DNA of 62,321 nucleotides, filler included, from Candidatus Coatesbacteria bacterium (GTDB lineage Bacteria; JAFGND01), in assembly GCA_016927185.1 (NCBI GenBank). It is 4 parts of 4 records of this genome, joined end to end, with 100 filler letters (N's around TTAATTAATTAA, not from the genome) between each part and the next. Parts side by side here need not be neighbours in the genome. Positions count along the whole stretch, not along the records: positions 1 to 30,420 come from JAFGND010000003.1; 3 more parts are not named here. One strand, 5' to 3'. Numbering within the stretch: position 1 is the stretch's first letter; each line of letters begins with the position of its first letter. This document shows positions 10,057-19,975 of the stretch, piece by piece. The notes beneath the pieces are model-generated. The model ran no database searches and was not told the DNA's origin. It saw only the letters and a list, made by a program, of their open reading frames with translations. The translations under genes were made by a program, and so were the position numbers.

Positions 10057-11183
10057 AAACTATACTGAACCTTATGAGGAAAGAATTCATACAATTCAAA
10101 AGAGACAAAAGAATGTTCTTGTTGAGTTTTTTCGCCCCTGTATTCCAGCTTTTGATACTTGCATATGCAGTAAATCTTGATGTAAAATCCATTCAGACAA
10201 TTGTTTGTGATATGGATAAAAGCGAGAAAAGCAGAGCTCTTTTATCCGAATTTTTCAGTTCCGGTTATTTTGACTGCATCGGATATACTGATAAATTGAA
10301 TGATGTTGATAAACATTTAAACAATAATAACGCTTCTATTGCGATTATTATACTATCTGGTTTCAGCAATAACCTCCTCTCAAAGAAGCAAGCAAAACTG
10401 CAGCTGATTATCGATGGTTCAGATTCAAATGCTGCTTCTATCGGTTTAAGCTATGCAACTATAATAATAACAAGGTTTTCAAGAAAAATATCAGCAGAAT
10501 ATAAAAATGCCGGGAAGAATTTTATGGAGAAAGGATTCACATTCTCTCCTGAGTTCAGAATCTGGTTTAATCCTGAGCTCAAGAGCAAGGATTTCATGAT
10601 CCCTGGAGTACTTGCCCTTCTTTTAATGGTTATGACCATGATTCTAACTTCACTTGCGATTGTTAAGGAAAAGGAATCAGGAACAATGGAACAGCTTATA
10701 GTTACCCCAATAAAACCTTATCATATAATTCTTGGAAAACTCCTGCCTTTTGCAGTTATTGGACTTATAGATGTAATCCTTGTGATATTCGTAGCAAGAT
10801 TCTGGTTTGACATACCATTAAAAGGAAGCTTCAGTTTGCTTTTGCTGCTTTGCTGTATCTTCCTTATGACAACACTTGGACTTGGTCTTCTCATATCAAC
10901 TTTTTCAAAGAATCAACAACAAGCAATGATAACAGCTATATTCTTCTTCATGGTTCCAATGGTTTTCCTGTCAGGTTTTGTTTTTCCAATTGAAAATATG
11001 CCTGATATAATACAATATATTACCTACCTTTTCCCATTGAGATATTTTTTTGTTATAATAAGGGGATTATTCCTTAAAGGCGCTGGAATAGCTGAACTCT
11101 GGGATGAAACAGTTGCATTGATAGTAATAGGGATAGTTATACTCTCTTTAAGCATTGCCAGATTTCACAAGAAACTGGAATAA
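10053..11183 (+). CDS. ABC-2 exporter permease (YbhR-like)
   Basis: ATG at 10053 overlaps the upstream TGA (ATGA); WFNPELKS, KEKESGTMEQL, LSGFVFPIENMP. Confidence 0.88.
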   Translation: MKTILNLMRKEFIQFKRDKRMFLLSFFAPVFQLLILAYAVNLDVKSIQTIVCDMDKSEKSRALLSEFFSSGYFDCIGYTDKLNDVDKHLNNNNASIAIIILSGFSNNLLSKKQAKLQLIIDGSDSNAASIGLSYATIIITRFSRKISAEYKNAGKNFMEKGFTFSPEFRIWFNPELKSKDFMIPGVLALLLMVMTMILTSLAIVKEKESGTMEQLIVTPIKPYHIILGKLLPFAVIGLIDVILVIFVARFWFDIPLKGSFSLLLLLCCIFLMTTLGLGLLISTFSKNQQQAMITAIFFFMVPMVFLSGFVFPIENMPDIIQYITYLFPLRYFFVIIRGLFLKGAGIAELWDETVALIVIGIVILSLSIARFHKKLE

Positions 11184-11218
11184 AAAAACCCGATCTTGCA
11201 GACCGGGTTTCTTTTTTT
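11182..11218. terminator. Bidirectional intrinsic terminator
   Basis: AAACCCGATC-ttgca-GACCGGGTTT hairpin flanked by A- and T-tracts, between convergent operons. Confidence 0.75.
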
Positions 11219-11233
11219 CAATTCAAATCCAGA

Positions 11234-12316
11234 CTAGAATTCAAATCCTATAGAAATTCTATGAGGATTATCCATAAGTTCTGGTGCAAGATATTTGAAG
11301 TGAGTGAAAGAATAATCTACTTTTACCATCTTTCCACTCATGTCAAACATCAGACCGAAACCTGCTGAAAAATCATAGTCTGTATTTCTGCTTCCGCTGC
11401 TGTCACCAAATTCGGATGTACTGCCTTGTTCGTCTTCCTTCTTTTCATCTTCATCGTCATAGGTTGATGAAGTAAGGCAATATCCTCCTCTTACAAAGAA
11501 CATGTTCTTGAATCTGAATTCAGTCCCGAGCATGTATTGTTCATGACTGTCAGCTGGATGAAGCAGTTCTAATGCAGTCAAAACCTCGAAATCATTATGA
11601 GGAGTTTTGTCCCTTAATGATTCCTTTGGCAAGTTCCATTCCTTCATTATACCAAGGCGGAATGTGATTGGCATTGCTGCGGAATAAGCATCTGAAAACT
11701 CCTCTTTATCAAGATAGTTGACATTTGCTCCGAAATCCTTGATTGCCATTCCAATCCTGATATCCTTGAATCCTACCTTATAGGTTGTGCCAAGATCTGC
11801 TGTCCATGACTGGCCGCTAACATCATCAAGATATTCAGCGACATATTTGAATGTCAATCCTACAGCAAACTTATCTGTCAAATGACGGGCATATGAAAGA
11901 CCAACCATCATATCAGTAGCCTTGAACTTTGTACCGTCACCTTCAGAATGGAATACTGTTCTTCTGTCCATTTCAGGCATATAAAGCATTGAAGCGCTTA
12001 TGCCGAAAACACCTATATTTTTTACATCGTAAATTGCACCTATGAAATCATAATTAATATCTGCAAAATATTTCAAATGCGTTGCTGTAAAAGAGAATTT
12101 TTTCTCTTTTTCATGAAGTTCTGCGATCCCGGCAGGATTCCAATATAAGGAAATTGCATCATCAGCAGAAGCTACATAAGCGCAACCCATTGCTGTTGCT
12201 CTGGCTCCCATTCCTATTTCCAAAAATTGCATGGCTTGTTGTCCCGATTTGCTAAATCCAAATACAACTGCAGGAATTAGTAGGAGAACAATAATACTTA
12301 ACATTACTTTCTTCAT
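11234..12316 (-). CDS. PorV/PorQ-like (UPF0164) outer-membrane beta-barrel
   Basis: Signal peptide; FLEIGMGARATAMG..Y.A.ADD....YWNPAG signature; amphipathic strands; C-terminal HRISIGFEF ending in Phe. Confidence 0.8.
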   Translation of the reverse strand: MKKVMLSIIVLLLIPAVVFGFSKSGQQAMQFLEIGMGARATAMGCAYVASADDAISLYWNPAGIAELHEKEKKFSFTATHLKYFADINYDFIGAIYDVKNIGVFGISASMLYMPEMDRRTVFHSEGDGTKFKATDMMVGLSYARHLTDKFAVGLTFKYVAEYLDDVSGQSWTADLGTTYKVGFKDIRIGMAIKDFGANVNYLDKEEFSDAYSAAMPITFRLGIMKEWNLPKESLRDKTPHNDFEVLTALELLHPADSHEQYMLGTEFRFKNMFFVRGGYCLTSSTYDDEDEKKEDEQGSTSEFGDSSGSRNTDYDFSAGFGLMFDMSGKMVKVDYSFTHFKYLAPELMDNPHRISIGFEF

Positions 12317-12331
12317 GTCCTCTCCTCCTTC

Positions 12332-14464
12332 CTATCTAATAATGACAATTTTGCCGACTTTTTTGCCGGGTGTATCACTTGACAACGACTCAACTGCCCA
12401 CAAATAAATGCCTGATGAAACTGCAATTTTATTCATATTCATTAGATCCCATTGAGCAACAGTATTCTTTGCCAATACTTCATCATGCTTGATTTTTCTT
12501 ATCAACTCTCCTGAGAGAGTAAAGATGCGTATTATGCATTTCTTTGGAAGATTGCAGAAAACAACTCTTCTTCCATATTCTGTGTATTCTGCTTCAAATC
12601 CGTCATTTCTATATTTCAGATCAGCTCTGTACGGATTTGGGAACACATATACATCTTCAATTGCTGTGGTATGTTCATTACCAGGGACAACAGCTGTCGC
12701 GTTCTCTGTTACTGAACATTCTAATGGATCAACTGACTGGTTTTCTCCCAGATTTTCATCTCCATAACCCCAATCATATGCAGTTACTGAGTAATAATAC
12801 TGGAAACCATTAAGCACTGGCTGATCAACCAGATAATATTTGCCATCTTTCATTGGTGGTTTGTTGGTTCCCCATTTTCCTTTATTCTTCTTGTTCTGGT
12901 AAGTATATTCTGTGTTCATTTCCATCTGATAGGTTGCCAGTAGCTGGAAATCGGTTAGCAAGCCTGTTCTTGAGCGCCAGACTCTATATCCCTTGAAGTC
13001 AGCTATATTCGTAATAGGGTCTTTTGATGATTCCGAAGAATTATCCCAGAAAATTTCCACCTTTTTGTTGCCACCATTTAATGCAAGTCCTGGTGCCTTA
13101 GGAGGTTGAGGACCTATATAATTATTATCATAAATATCTTTTGCCCATTTTGCGTTTTCAACAAGATGTAATCTGTTCAAGCCGCAAATAACAGCAACTG
13201 TAATGGCAAGTTTATCTCCCTTTTTGATGTCATTAAATTCTCCGTAGGAAATAAGAAATCTGGTGTCATCTGGTACCATCTGTTTTTCATTACTCCATTT
13301 CTCTTTTCCTTCTTCTGTCTTGGAACCTTCATCAAAAAAGTCATTCTGTCCATTGGATAGTCTTCTATATTTCTCTCCATCACCCATTGGTGATTCATCA
13401 TTATTGGCAGCACCAGAAGAATCAGATATCCACCAGTTCCAGCAAGTTACAAGCGAATCGCCTTTGAGGCCTACTGTTCCGTTTCCCTTGTTCTTTTCTT
13501 CCAAAGGATTGCCAACAACGAATGCCGAGATTAAAGTTGTGGTGTGCCATCCATCATTGTATTGAGATTCTCCTGTATACTCCCAGTAGCCTTTTGGCCA
13601 GTTGGGATCATTTGCTCCACCACCTGGATCAGCATCCTGGATTAAGCCTAACTTAAGCACTTTCTTGTTTCCGTAAGCATCGTTATATTCTTCCTGCCAG
13701 AAACCAGCTACGTCATCTTGTGCCGGACCATTATAGTTCGTATTCCAGTTCGGTCCTGTATCTGCATCAACATATAATCCAAGCCATCCCTTTGTCAAAA
13801 CAAATGAACTACCATCCTGGAAACCTTCATTCATTATTTCGAAGTGAACCAGAACAAAGTCATCATTAAATGAGTATGACCATGCATAAGATGACTGGAT
13901 AACCTTTACGCCCTGGGGCTGATGTTCTGCACCAGAGATATCCTGATCATCAAAGTATTCTGCTATAAAGTCCTGTTCTGATATTGCAGTTGAATCATAA
14001 AACTCTGATGACTGTCTTGTTGATTTTATCTTGATTGTGTCACCAGGATCTGTACCTGGATAAAATTCCTGGTAATCTGAATTAGATGAGTTCAACCATC
14101 CATCTAATCCAGTTGAAACCAAAGTTTCGCGTTTGCTTGCGGCTTCTTTTACAATAGAGCCAATCCATAATCCACTTTGAAACAAATACTCAAGATCTGA
14201 ATTTGCTGGGTATTCGCATGATGGATAATAAGGCATCGAGTTCTTGTCAGGATTTCCAACAAATCCCCAGTTTGTTACAGTAAGCCAGATATTACCAACA
14301 TCATGATATTGATAATCAGTCGTAGGGGCATCTCCCCCAACTCTATTATTAAACTTCCAGCTGAAAATTCCTTTTCCTGTAGTATATGGTGCGTTTCTAG
14401 CGGACAAAGGTAATGTTAGGAGAATTGTTATTAAAACAATTACTCCAATCAATTTATAAGTCAT
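12332..14464 (-). CDS. Large secreted protein: unknown N-terminal domain, FN3-like module, T9SS/FlgD-like CTD
   Basis: ATG at 14464 with GGAGGTG RBS; signal peptide; PPKAP...FWDNSSE...DFKGYRVWRS...YYYSVTAYD (FN3-like); C-terminal VFPNPY...IRIFTLSGELI...WD...SSGIY...GKIVIIR. Confidence 0.75.
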   Translation of the reverse strand: MTYKLIGVIVLITILLTLPLSARNAPYTTGKGIFSWKFNNRVGGDAPTTDYQYHDVGNIWLTVTNWGFVGNPDKNSMPYYPSCEYPANSDLEYLFQSGLWIGSIVKEAASKRETLVSTGLDGWLNSSNSDYQEFYPGTDPGDTIKIKSTRQSSEFYDSTAISEQDFIAEYFDDQDISGAEHQPQGVKVIQSSYAWSYSFNDDFVLVHFEIMNEGFQDGSSFVLTKGWLGLYVDADTGPNWNTNYNGPAQDDVAGFWQEEYNDAYGNKKVLKLGLIQDADPGGGANDPNWPKGYWEYTGESQYNDGWHTTTLISAFVVGNPLEEKNKGNGTVGLKGDSLVTCWNWWISDSSGAANNDESPMGDGEKYRRLSNGQNDFFDEGSKTEEGKEKWSNEKQMVPDDTRFLISYGEFNDIKKGDKLAITVAVICGLNRLHLVENAKWAKDIYDNNYIGPQPPKAPGLALNGGNKKVEIFWDNSSESSKDPITNIADFKGYRVWRSRTGLLTDFQLLATYQMEMNTEYTYQNKKNKGKWGTNKPPMKDGKYYLVDQPVLNGFQYYYSVTAYDWGYGDENLGENQSVDPLECSVTENATAVVPGNEHTTAIEDVYVFPNPYRADLKYRNDGFEAEYTEYGRRVVFCNLPKKCIIRIFTLSGELIRKIKHDEVLAKNTVAQWDLMNMNKIAVSSGIYLWAVESLSSDTPGKKVGKIVIIR

Positions 14465-14533
14465 ATTTACACCTCCATTTTGCCTTTTACTATTAAATAA
14501 GTTTAACAAACTCCCTCCCTTCATATATTTTAA

Positions 14534-15205
14534 TTATTTTATCAACTTCCAATCAACTATATAGGTGAACTGAAATGGATATGGCTTCCCACCAAATGTA
14601 TATGGCCTGAAAGTGGATGCCTTTATGGCAGTAATTGCAGCCTGATCACATTCATTGTCACCACTTGGTTTTATAATCTGTACTTTGTCAACCTTTCCGT
14701 CGCCTCCAACTGTTATCAATATAACAGTCTGCCCTTCAAATCCTCTTGCTGCTGCTGCAGCTGGGTATCTGGGTTTCACCTTGTTCAATATTCTTGCTTG
14801 TCCTTCAGAAGGTGGTACAAGCTTAGGTTTCTGCACAGGTGGTTTTGCGTCTTTCTTGTCATCACCTTTGTTCAGATCAACAGTGCTTTTAGAGCCCTGA
14901 TCGCTGATATCATCTGCTGAAATCTTCGGACCATCTCCTGTTACCTTAAGCTCAACATTCTGTTTAGGGATGTCTTTGACATCGATTTTTTCCTCCTCAG
15001 GTGGAGGCGGGATATTATAATCCTCAGTTTTCACATTCTCTATTGAGATACTTTTTCTCTGCATTGGAATATATGGTCTGGTTTCCATTGGAGGCCATAA
15101 AACCCAAGCAATTCCATGAATTGAGATTGAAACTAAAGCGGCAAGAAGAGCAATCCTGTTTCTTCTTTTCTTCAGTTTTTGATTTGCATTCATTTCCTCA
15201 TTCAT
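14534..15205 (-). CDS. tonB: Energy transducer TonB
   Basis: N-terminal TM with SxxxH (SISIHG); Pro-rich linker; KPRYPAAA...GFEG C-terminal domain. Confidence 0.85.
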   Translation of the reverse strand: MNEEMNANQKLKKRRNRIALLAALVSISIHGIAWVLWPPMETRPYIPMQRKSISIENVKTEDYNIPPPPEEEKIDVKDIPKQNVELKVTGDGPKISADDISDQGSKSTVDLNKGDDKKDAKPPVQKPKLVPPSEGQARILNKVKPRYPAAAAARGFEGQTVILITVGGDGKVDKVQIIKPSGDNECDQAAITAIKASTFRPYTFGGKPYPFQFTYIVDWKLIK

Positions 15206-15216
15206 AAGAACACCTC

Positions 15217-15648
15217 CTATTCGGGACCTTTTTTAGCATTACTTATAAAAAACACACGATTTGTGTGTGCTTTGCGCAACATTTCCAATACACTGTTAAC
15301 ATCTTTGTAAGGTGTCTTTTCATCTACATTCATTGCAACAGAAAGAGCTGGATTTTTATCTCTTTTCTTCTGCATTATGCCTAATACATCTTCATAATCT
15401 TTTATTTCAGCATCATTTATCACAGTCAATGCAGTTTTCTTTGCTCCAGCTAAAGGTGCCATCCAGATTCTTGCTGTATTCTCTCTTTCCGTTTTTGTAC
15501 CTTGTTCTGTATCAGGATAAACAACTTCTAGTCCTGCTTCATCCTTCAATATGGTTGTTGTCATGAAAAATATCAATAGCAAGAAAGCTATATCTGCCAT
15601 CGATGATGTTGGAATTTTTCCTGCAGATTTCTTCTTTTCAATTCTCAT
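15217..15648 (-). CDS. exbD: Biopolymer transport protein ExbD
   Basis: SMADIAFLLLIFFMTTT TM with the conserved Asp. Confidence 0.88.
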   Translation of the reverse strand: MRIEKKKSAGKIPTSSMADIAFLLLIFFMTTTILKDEAGLEVVYPDTEQGTKTERENTARIWMAPLAGAKKTALTVINDAEIKDYEDVLGIMQKKRDKNPALSVAMNVDEKTPYKDVNSVLEMLRKAHTNRVFFISNAKKGPE

Positions 15649-15654
15649 ATATCC

Positions 15655-16134
15655 TCACTCGATTTCTTCATCAAGAATTCTAATAGCATATTTCTGTATC
15701 CCTGCCATTTTCAGTTGATCAAGAACCTTTACCATTGGACCATATGGATCGTCAGGTTTGGTTCTAACCATGAAAACAGATTTTGGCTTTCTTTCAAGCC
15801 ACAATTTCACTTCTGTTCCTACTTCCTTTATAGGAAATACTCTTTTGTTTGGTATAGTGGCATCCTTAGATGCAAAAGTAATCATTTTCACTTTGAAATC
15901 ATTTGCAGCATCTGATCCGGTCATTACTATATCCAGTACTGCCATTTCAGATCTGTCTTCCAGTACTGCTGCTTTCTCTTGCGTTTCAGATGGTGGCAAG
16001 TCAAGCAAGATGCCACTTTCTATATCAAAAACTGTTGTTGCCAAAAAGAATATAAGCAACAGGAATGCTATATCTGAGGTTGAGGCTAAAGGTATATCTC
16101 CAGCCACCCGTTTAACTCTGTTTTTCATCAACAT
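15655..16134 (-). CDS. exbD: Biopolymer transport protein ExbD (second paralog)
   Basis: STSDIAFLLLIFFLATT; YGPMVKVLDQLK. Confidence 0.85.
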   Translation of the reverse strand: MLMKNRVKRVAGDIPLASTSDIAFLLLIFFLATTVFDIESGILLDLPPSETQEKAAVLEDRSEMAVLDIVMTGSDAANDFKVKMITFASKDATIPNKRVFPIKEVGTEVKLWLERKPKSVFMVRTKPDDPYGPMVKVLDQLKMAGIQKYAIRILDEEIE

Positions 16135-16150
16135 TTTATTATCCTATACC

Positions 16151-16948
16151 TTATTCTTCCTCTTCAGCACCACGAACAAGCAGTATTTCTTCCATATCAG
16201 AAGCTGCTTCTTCAATTGCTACTACAAATTTATCAATGCGAGATAGACACAAATTCTGTACTGCCTGTACAGGAATTGCTATCATCAAGCCTGCTGCTGT
16301 TGTAATCAATGCTTCTGAAATACCTGATGCAACAATCTGCGGTTTTACCTGACCTGCAAGAGCTATTGCATCAAAGGCATTTATCATACCAGAAACTGTT
16401 CCCAAAAATCCTATCAATGGTGCAATATTGACTACAGAAGAAAGAGCTACCAAGCCACGTTCAAGAAATGATAATTCAATTCCTGCTCTTGTTTCCATTG
16501 CTTTTGTTGCTGCATCCAGGCCAAGAAGTGTTGCCTTGTAAAGACCACTCTTGAATACTGCTGCAACAGGTCCGGGATATTTATCGCATACCTTGCCAGC
16601 TTTATCTACTGCAGCATCAAGTTCTATCGATTTGTCTAGCAATGTATCTTTTATCTCCTTGCGAAAAGCAGTTTGATCAATGTCCAGCATTACAAACAAA
16701 ACAATAAAACGTTCAATCGAAAATATCAAACCTACAATAGAGCAAATCAAGAGACCCCACATGAAGAATCCACCTTGTTGCCACAAGTCTCTCAAGGTTT
16801 TGGTTTTTGCTGCCGTTTTTTCTTCCTGCTTTTGTTCTTTCTTTTCAGTTGTAGCTTCTTTCTTAGGATCCTCAGCCAAAAGATTAGATGTAAACACCAT
16901 GAAAAGGCATAGCACAAGCATCCATGTTACCAGTTTCCACATCCTCAT
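16151..16948 (-). CDS. exbB: MotA/TolQ/ExbB proton channel protein
   Basis: ATG at 16948 with GGAGGT RBS; APLIGFLGTVSGMI, GISEALITTAAGL. Confidence 0.88.
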   Translation of the reverse strand: MRMWKLVTWMLVLCLFMVFTSNLLAEDPKKEATTEKKEQKQEEKTAAKTKTLRDLWQQGGFFMWGLLICSIVGLIFSIERFIVLFVMLDIDQTAFRKEIKDTLLDKSIELDAAVDKAGKVCDKYPGPVAAVFKSGLYKATLLGLDAATKAMETRAGIELSFLERGLVALSSVVNIAPLIGFLGTVSGMINAFDAIALAGQVKPQIVASGISEALITTAAGLMIAIPVQAVQNLCLSRIDKFVVAIEEAASDMEEILLVRGAEEEE

Positions 16949-17006
16949 TGTCTTAATACCTCCGTATATAAAGCCGCTGCACATGCAACGGCTACTTGTT
17001 TATCTT

Positions 17007-19745
17007 TTACCATTCTAAGCTCATACCTATCTGTAATTGACGACGACCCATGAAACGCATTGGATGCAGCTTATTCCATAAGAAGTCTTCCTGATATGCA
17101 TCAGTTGGATCCCAGGCTTTCCCAGTATTTGCATTGACTTCAGCAGTATTAGTCTGGTCAAAGATGTTATAACCTTCAAGGAATAAACGATAATTCATAC
17201 CAAGAAATGCAACACCTTTATAAACCATCATATTTACAATAGAAGTCCATGGCATTCTTCTTGAATTCTCTTCAGGATATTTCTCGCCTGTTGCAAATGT
17301 GCTAGGAGTATAAGGATAACCACTTCCATATTCCCATGAAAGTGATATGCCCCATAAATCAGGGAATTTGACACCTAAGACTTTAGGACGCATCCCCTTT
17401 TGTGCTGAAAGAGATAAATTCAAGTTAACTGTATGACGCTGATCCCAATCAAGAGCTTGCTCTTTTACAGGATTAGGCAGATTATTGTATGCATTGTCAT
17501 AACCCTGTCTGCTATCGCTACTATTACCCATTGCCCATGATAATGAGTATGAAATAAATCCTGCCACGTAATTGCTGTAACGTTTGTTTAATGATAACTC
17601 AAAACCACGAACGCTACCAAAGTCCCTGTTTACATATTCAGTATATGTAAATGGAGGATCAACAACTTTTTCTGTATCAATCAAGTCCTTGATATCCTTG
17701 TAAAAACCTGTCAATCCAATCATTACGTTTTCAGAGAACTGATGTTCAAGACCTGCTTCATATGAAGTGGTCTTTTCGGGACGCAGATTCGGATTTCCAA
17801 GCAATGGAACTGAACCTGTTATATCGCGACTTCTATAAAGAAGTGTGAAATCAGGAATTTCAGTGTAATGACCATACGCAAAACGCAAGATGTCATTTTC
17901 AGTTATGGGGTGGCTTACACCAACTCTTGGAGAAAGCGTCCACTGATATTCGTCTTCCAGTACTGGAACTTCCTGTCCTCCACTGGTTTCTGTCATTTTG
18001 GCAAGCTGTTTTCCAGGAGTATAAATATCAAAACGCAATCCTGCATTAACAATCATGCCTTCATATTCCATTTTATCCTGAAGATAATATGCACCTGCCC
18101 ATGGAGTACGGAAATAGAATTCCCTGTATTGTCCGTATTCCGGCCATTCACCGGGTACTTCTCTTCCAGGGGTAAATTGCATCAAGTCTACATATTTATA
18201 ATCAAGCTCATAATAGTTACCTTCTAAACCGGTACGCATTGTATGAGACCATGAATCTGTAGATTTTCCCTTGCTTTTCGTAAATTCCTTAGTTAAATCC
18301 CATCTTGCTGAATAAGTCGTTGAGATAGTTTTCAGCCATAATTCATTGTCTCCGGAACATTCAAAACCTTCAACTGATGAGAATGCTCTGCTTCCCTGAT
18401 CGGGCAGTATATATTCTGGAGGTATTTTTCCATCGACATCATAGATGAATTTTGTATTGAAACGACCCAGAATTACATTATAATAAGCAGAACCACTAGC
18501 CAGGCTATGTGTCCAGTTAATAGTCTGCTGATCACTCCAGCGTCTGCCTGTATAGGTATGAAGTGCAGCCCAGTATTCCTCGCTTGCATATCTACCATTT
18601 GGCAGTGAATCTCCTGGTTCATAGTGCTGTGTCCATAAATAACCAGCACCCTGGCTTGTTGGTCTATATGAGTTAAATGATTTGCGGTAACCAAGAGTTA
18701 ATGTATGTTTTGGAGTGAATTTCCAGAGTAATTTCGCATTACCAGAAGTTGTATTGTTTGCCCTGTCACCAACTGTGAAAGGACCTATTTTATATCTGTT
18801 TCTTGGATATGGATACATTGTCCATAAACGACCATCATTCCATTCTCCGGTGAAACTAGCGAAATAAGTGAAACGATCTGCAATGCCAATCTTCTTCATC
18901 CATGCACTTAAAAATGGGAATGGTCCTCCATCAGATATCTCAATTCTGTCTGAATTGTAATAATTATGTCCATTGTACATATCCTGTCCACCAAAACCGA
19001 AATCATCTGTCTGGAATGAAATCTCTCCATGATTTCTGTCTCCACCTGTCTTGGTGACAACATTCACTATACCAGATTGTGCATTTCCATACTCAGCACC
19101 GAATCCACCTGAAGAAACAGAGACTTCATTGATTGAGTTTGTACCCAATTCAAGATTTGTTCCTCCTGTTGTCTGTAATGGATCCTTGACGGACATTCCA
19201 TCAATCAGATAAGTAATTTCTCCTGCACGGCCACCACGCAAGCGAAGCTCTCCTCCCTGAGTTGTCGCTCCTGCTTGTTTGGAAACAACATCAGCAAGAT
19301 CTGTTACCATAGGCTGGTCTTTTATATCTTCATCACGAACTTGTCTTACTGTTTCTGTCCTGTCTTTTACAACCATCTTGGGTTTATAGACAACAATTTC
19401 ATGAATTGCAGAACCGGACCCTGCACTTCTCAATGTAAAATTGACTGTGACAGTACGGTCTGCTGAAACCTGAACTCCACTTTGTGATGATTTAGTTCTT
19501 TGTGGTGCTGTTGCTGTTACAGTATAAACTCCAACAGGAACACCAACTATAGAAAAACGTCCATTTGGACCGGTTATTGCTGCATCCTCATATTCACCTG
19601 ATTTAACAGAAACATAAGCACCGGCAACAGGTCCACTGCTATCAGTTACAACACCAGTTATTTTACCTTCACTACTGGCAAAAAGCAAGCCAGTTACAAA
19701 AATCGTAAGTCCAAAAACTATCAATAAGGACTTTCTAAAATTCAT
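17007..19745 (-). CDS. TonB-dependent outer-membrane receptor with N-terminal carboxypeptidase-regulatory-like domain
   Basis: GKITGVVTD N-domain; plug RGGRAGEITYLIDG and GGFGAEYGNAQSGIVNVVTK; GNPNLRPEKT; C-terminal aromatic residue (SLEW). Confidence 0.9.
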   Translation of the reverse strand: MNFRKSLLIVFGLTIFVTGLLFASSEGKITGVVTDSSGPVAGAYVSVKSGEYEDAAITGPNGRFSIVGVPVGVYTVTATAPQRTKSSQSGVQVSADRTVTVNFTLRSAGSGSAIHEIVVYKPKMVVKDRTETVRQVRDEDIKDQPMVTDLADVVSKQAGATTQGGELRLRGGRAGEITYLIDGMSVKDPLQTTGGTNLELGTNSINEVSVSSGGFGAEYGNAQSGIVNVVTKTGGDRNHGEISFQTDDFGFGGQDMYNGHNYYNSDRIEISDGGPFPFLSAWMKKIGIADRFTYFASFTGEWNDGRLWTMYPYPRNRYKIGPFTVGDRANNTTSGNAKLLWKFTPKHTLTLGYRKSFNSYRPTSQGAGYLWTQHYEPGDSLPNGRYASEEYWAALHTYTGRRWSDQQTINWTHSLASGSAYYNVILGRFNTKFIYDVDGKIPPEYILPDQGSRAFSSVEGFECSGDNELWLKTISTTYSARWDLTKEFTKSKGKSTDSWSHTMRTGLEGNYYELDYKYVDLMQFTPGREVPGEWPEYGQYREFYFRTPWAGAYYLQDKMEYEGMIVNAGLRFDIYTPGKQLAKMTETSGGQEVPVLEDEYQWTLSPRVGVSHPITENDILRFAYGHYTEIPDFTLLYRSRDITGSVPLLGNPNLRPEKTTSYEAGLEHQFSENVMIGLTGFYKDIKDLIDTEKVVDPPFTYTEYVNRDFGSVRGFELSLNKRYSNYVAGFISYSLSWAMGNSSDSRQGYDNAYNNLPNPVKEQALDWDQRHTVNLNLSLSAQKGMRPKVLGVKFPDLWGISLSWEYGSGYPYTPSTFATGEKYPEENSRRMPWTSIVNMMVYKGVAFLGMNYRLFLEGYNIFDQTNTAEVNANTGKAWDPTDAYQEDFLWNKLHPMRFMGRRQLQIGMSLEW

Positions 19746-19975
19746 AATCTCCCCTTTCTACCTGAGTTAAACACCATAATAATGTCAGGTTCAGGCAACA
19801 CCTCCTAATTCTATAATATTCATTTTTTCCACAAATATTCCAGGCAATATAGTTTGCCTTTCTGAATTAAACTCTGTCGGATAAGGGAAAAAAATTAAGC
19901 TTTAATGTCAACTATTTTCTGAATTATTTTTAAGAATCTATTGACAAATTGCCTAAAGCCATTTTACGTACTGCC

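Noticed and set aside
19742-19810. Possible leader ORF (TTG CCT GAA...) whose TGA overlaps the receptor ATG
   Set aside because: The GGAGG-to-start spacing is too short and there is no other support.
19845-19870. AAAGGCAAAC on the minus strand upstream of the TonB receptor, resembling a c-di-GMP-I riboswitch start
   Set aside because: The GAAA-loop stem and GACGCAAAG/P2 elements are missing. No cobalamin riboswitch or Fur box was recognised either.
19859-19926. TTTCTGAATTA direct repeat (19859 and 19916) in the TonB operon promoter region
   Set aside because: Only two AT-rich 11-mers; plausible as a regulator site but not distinguishable from chance without orthologous sequences.
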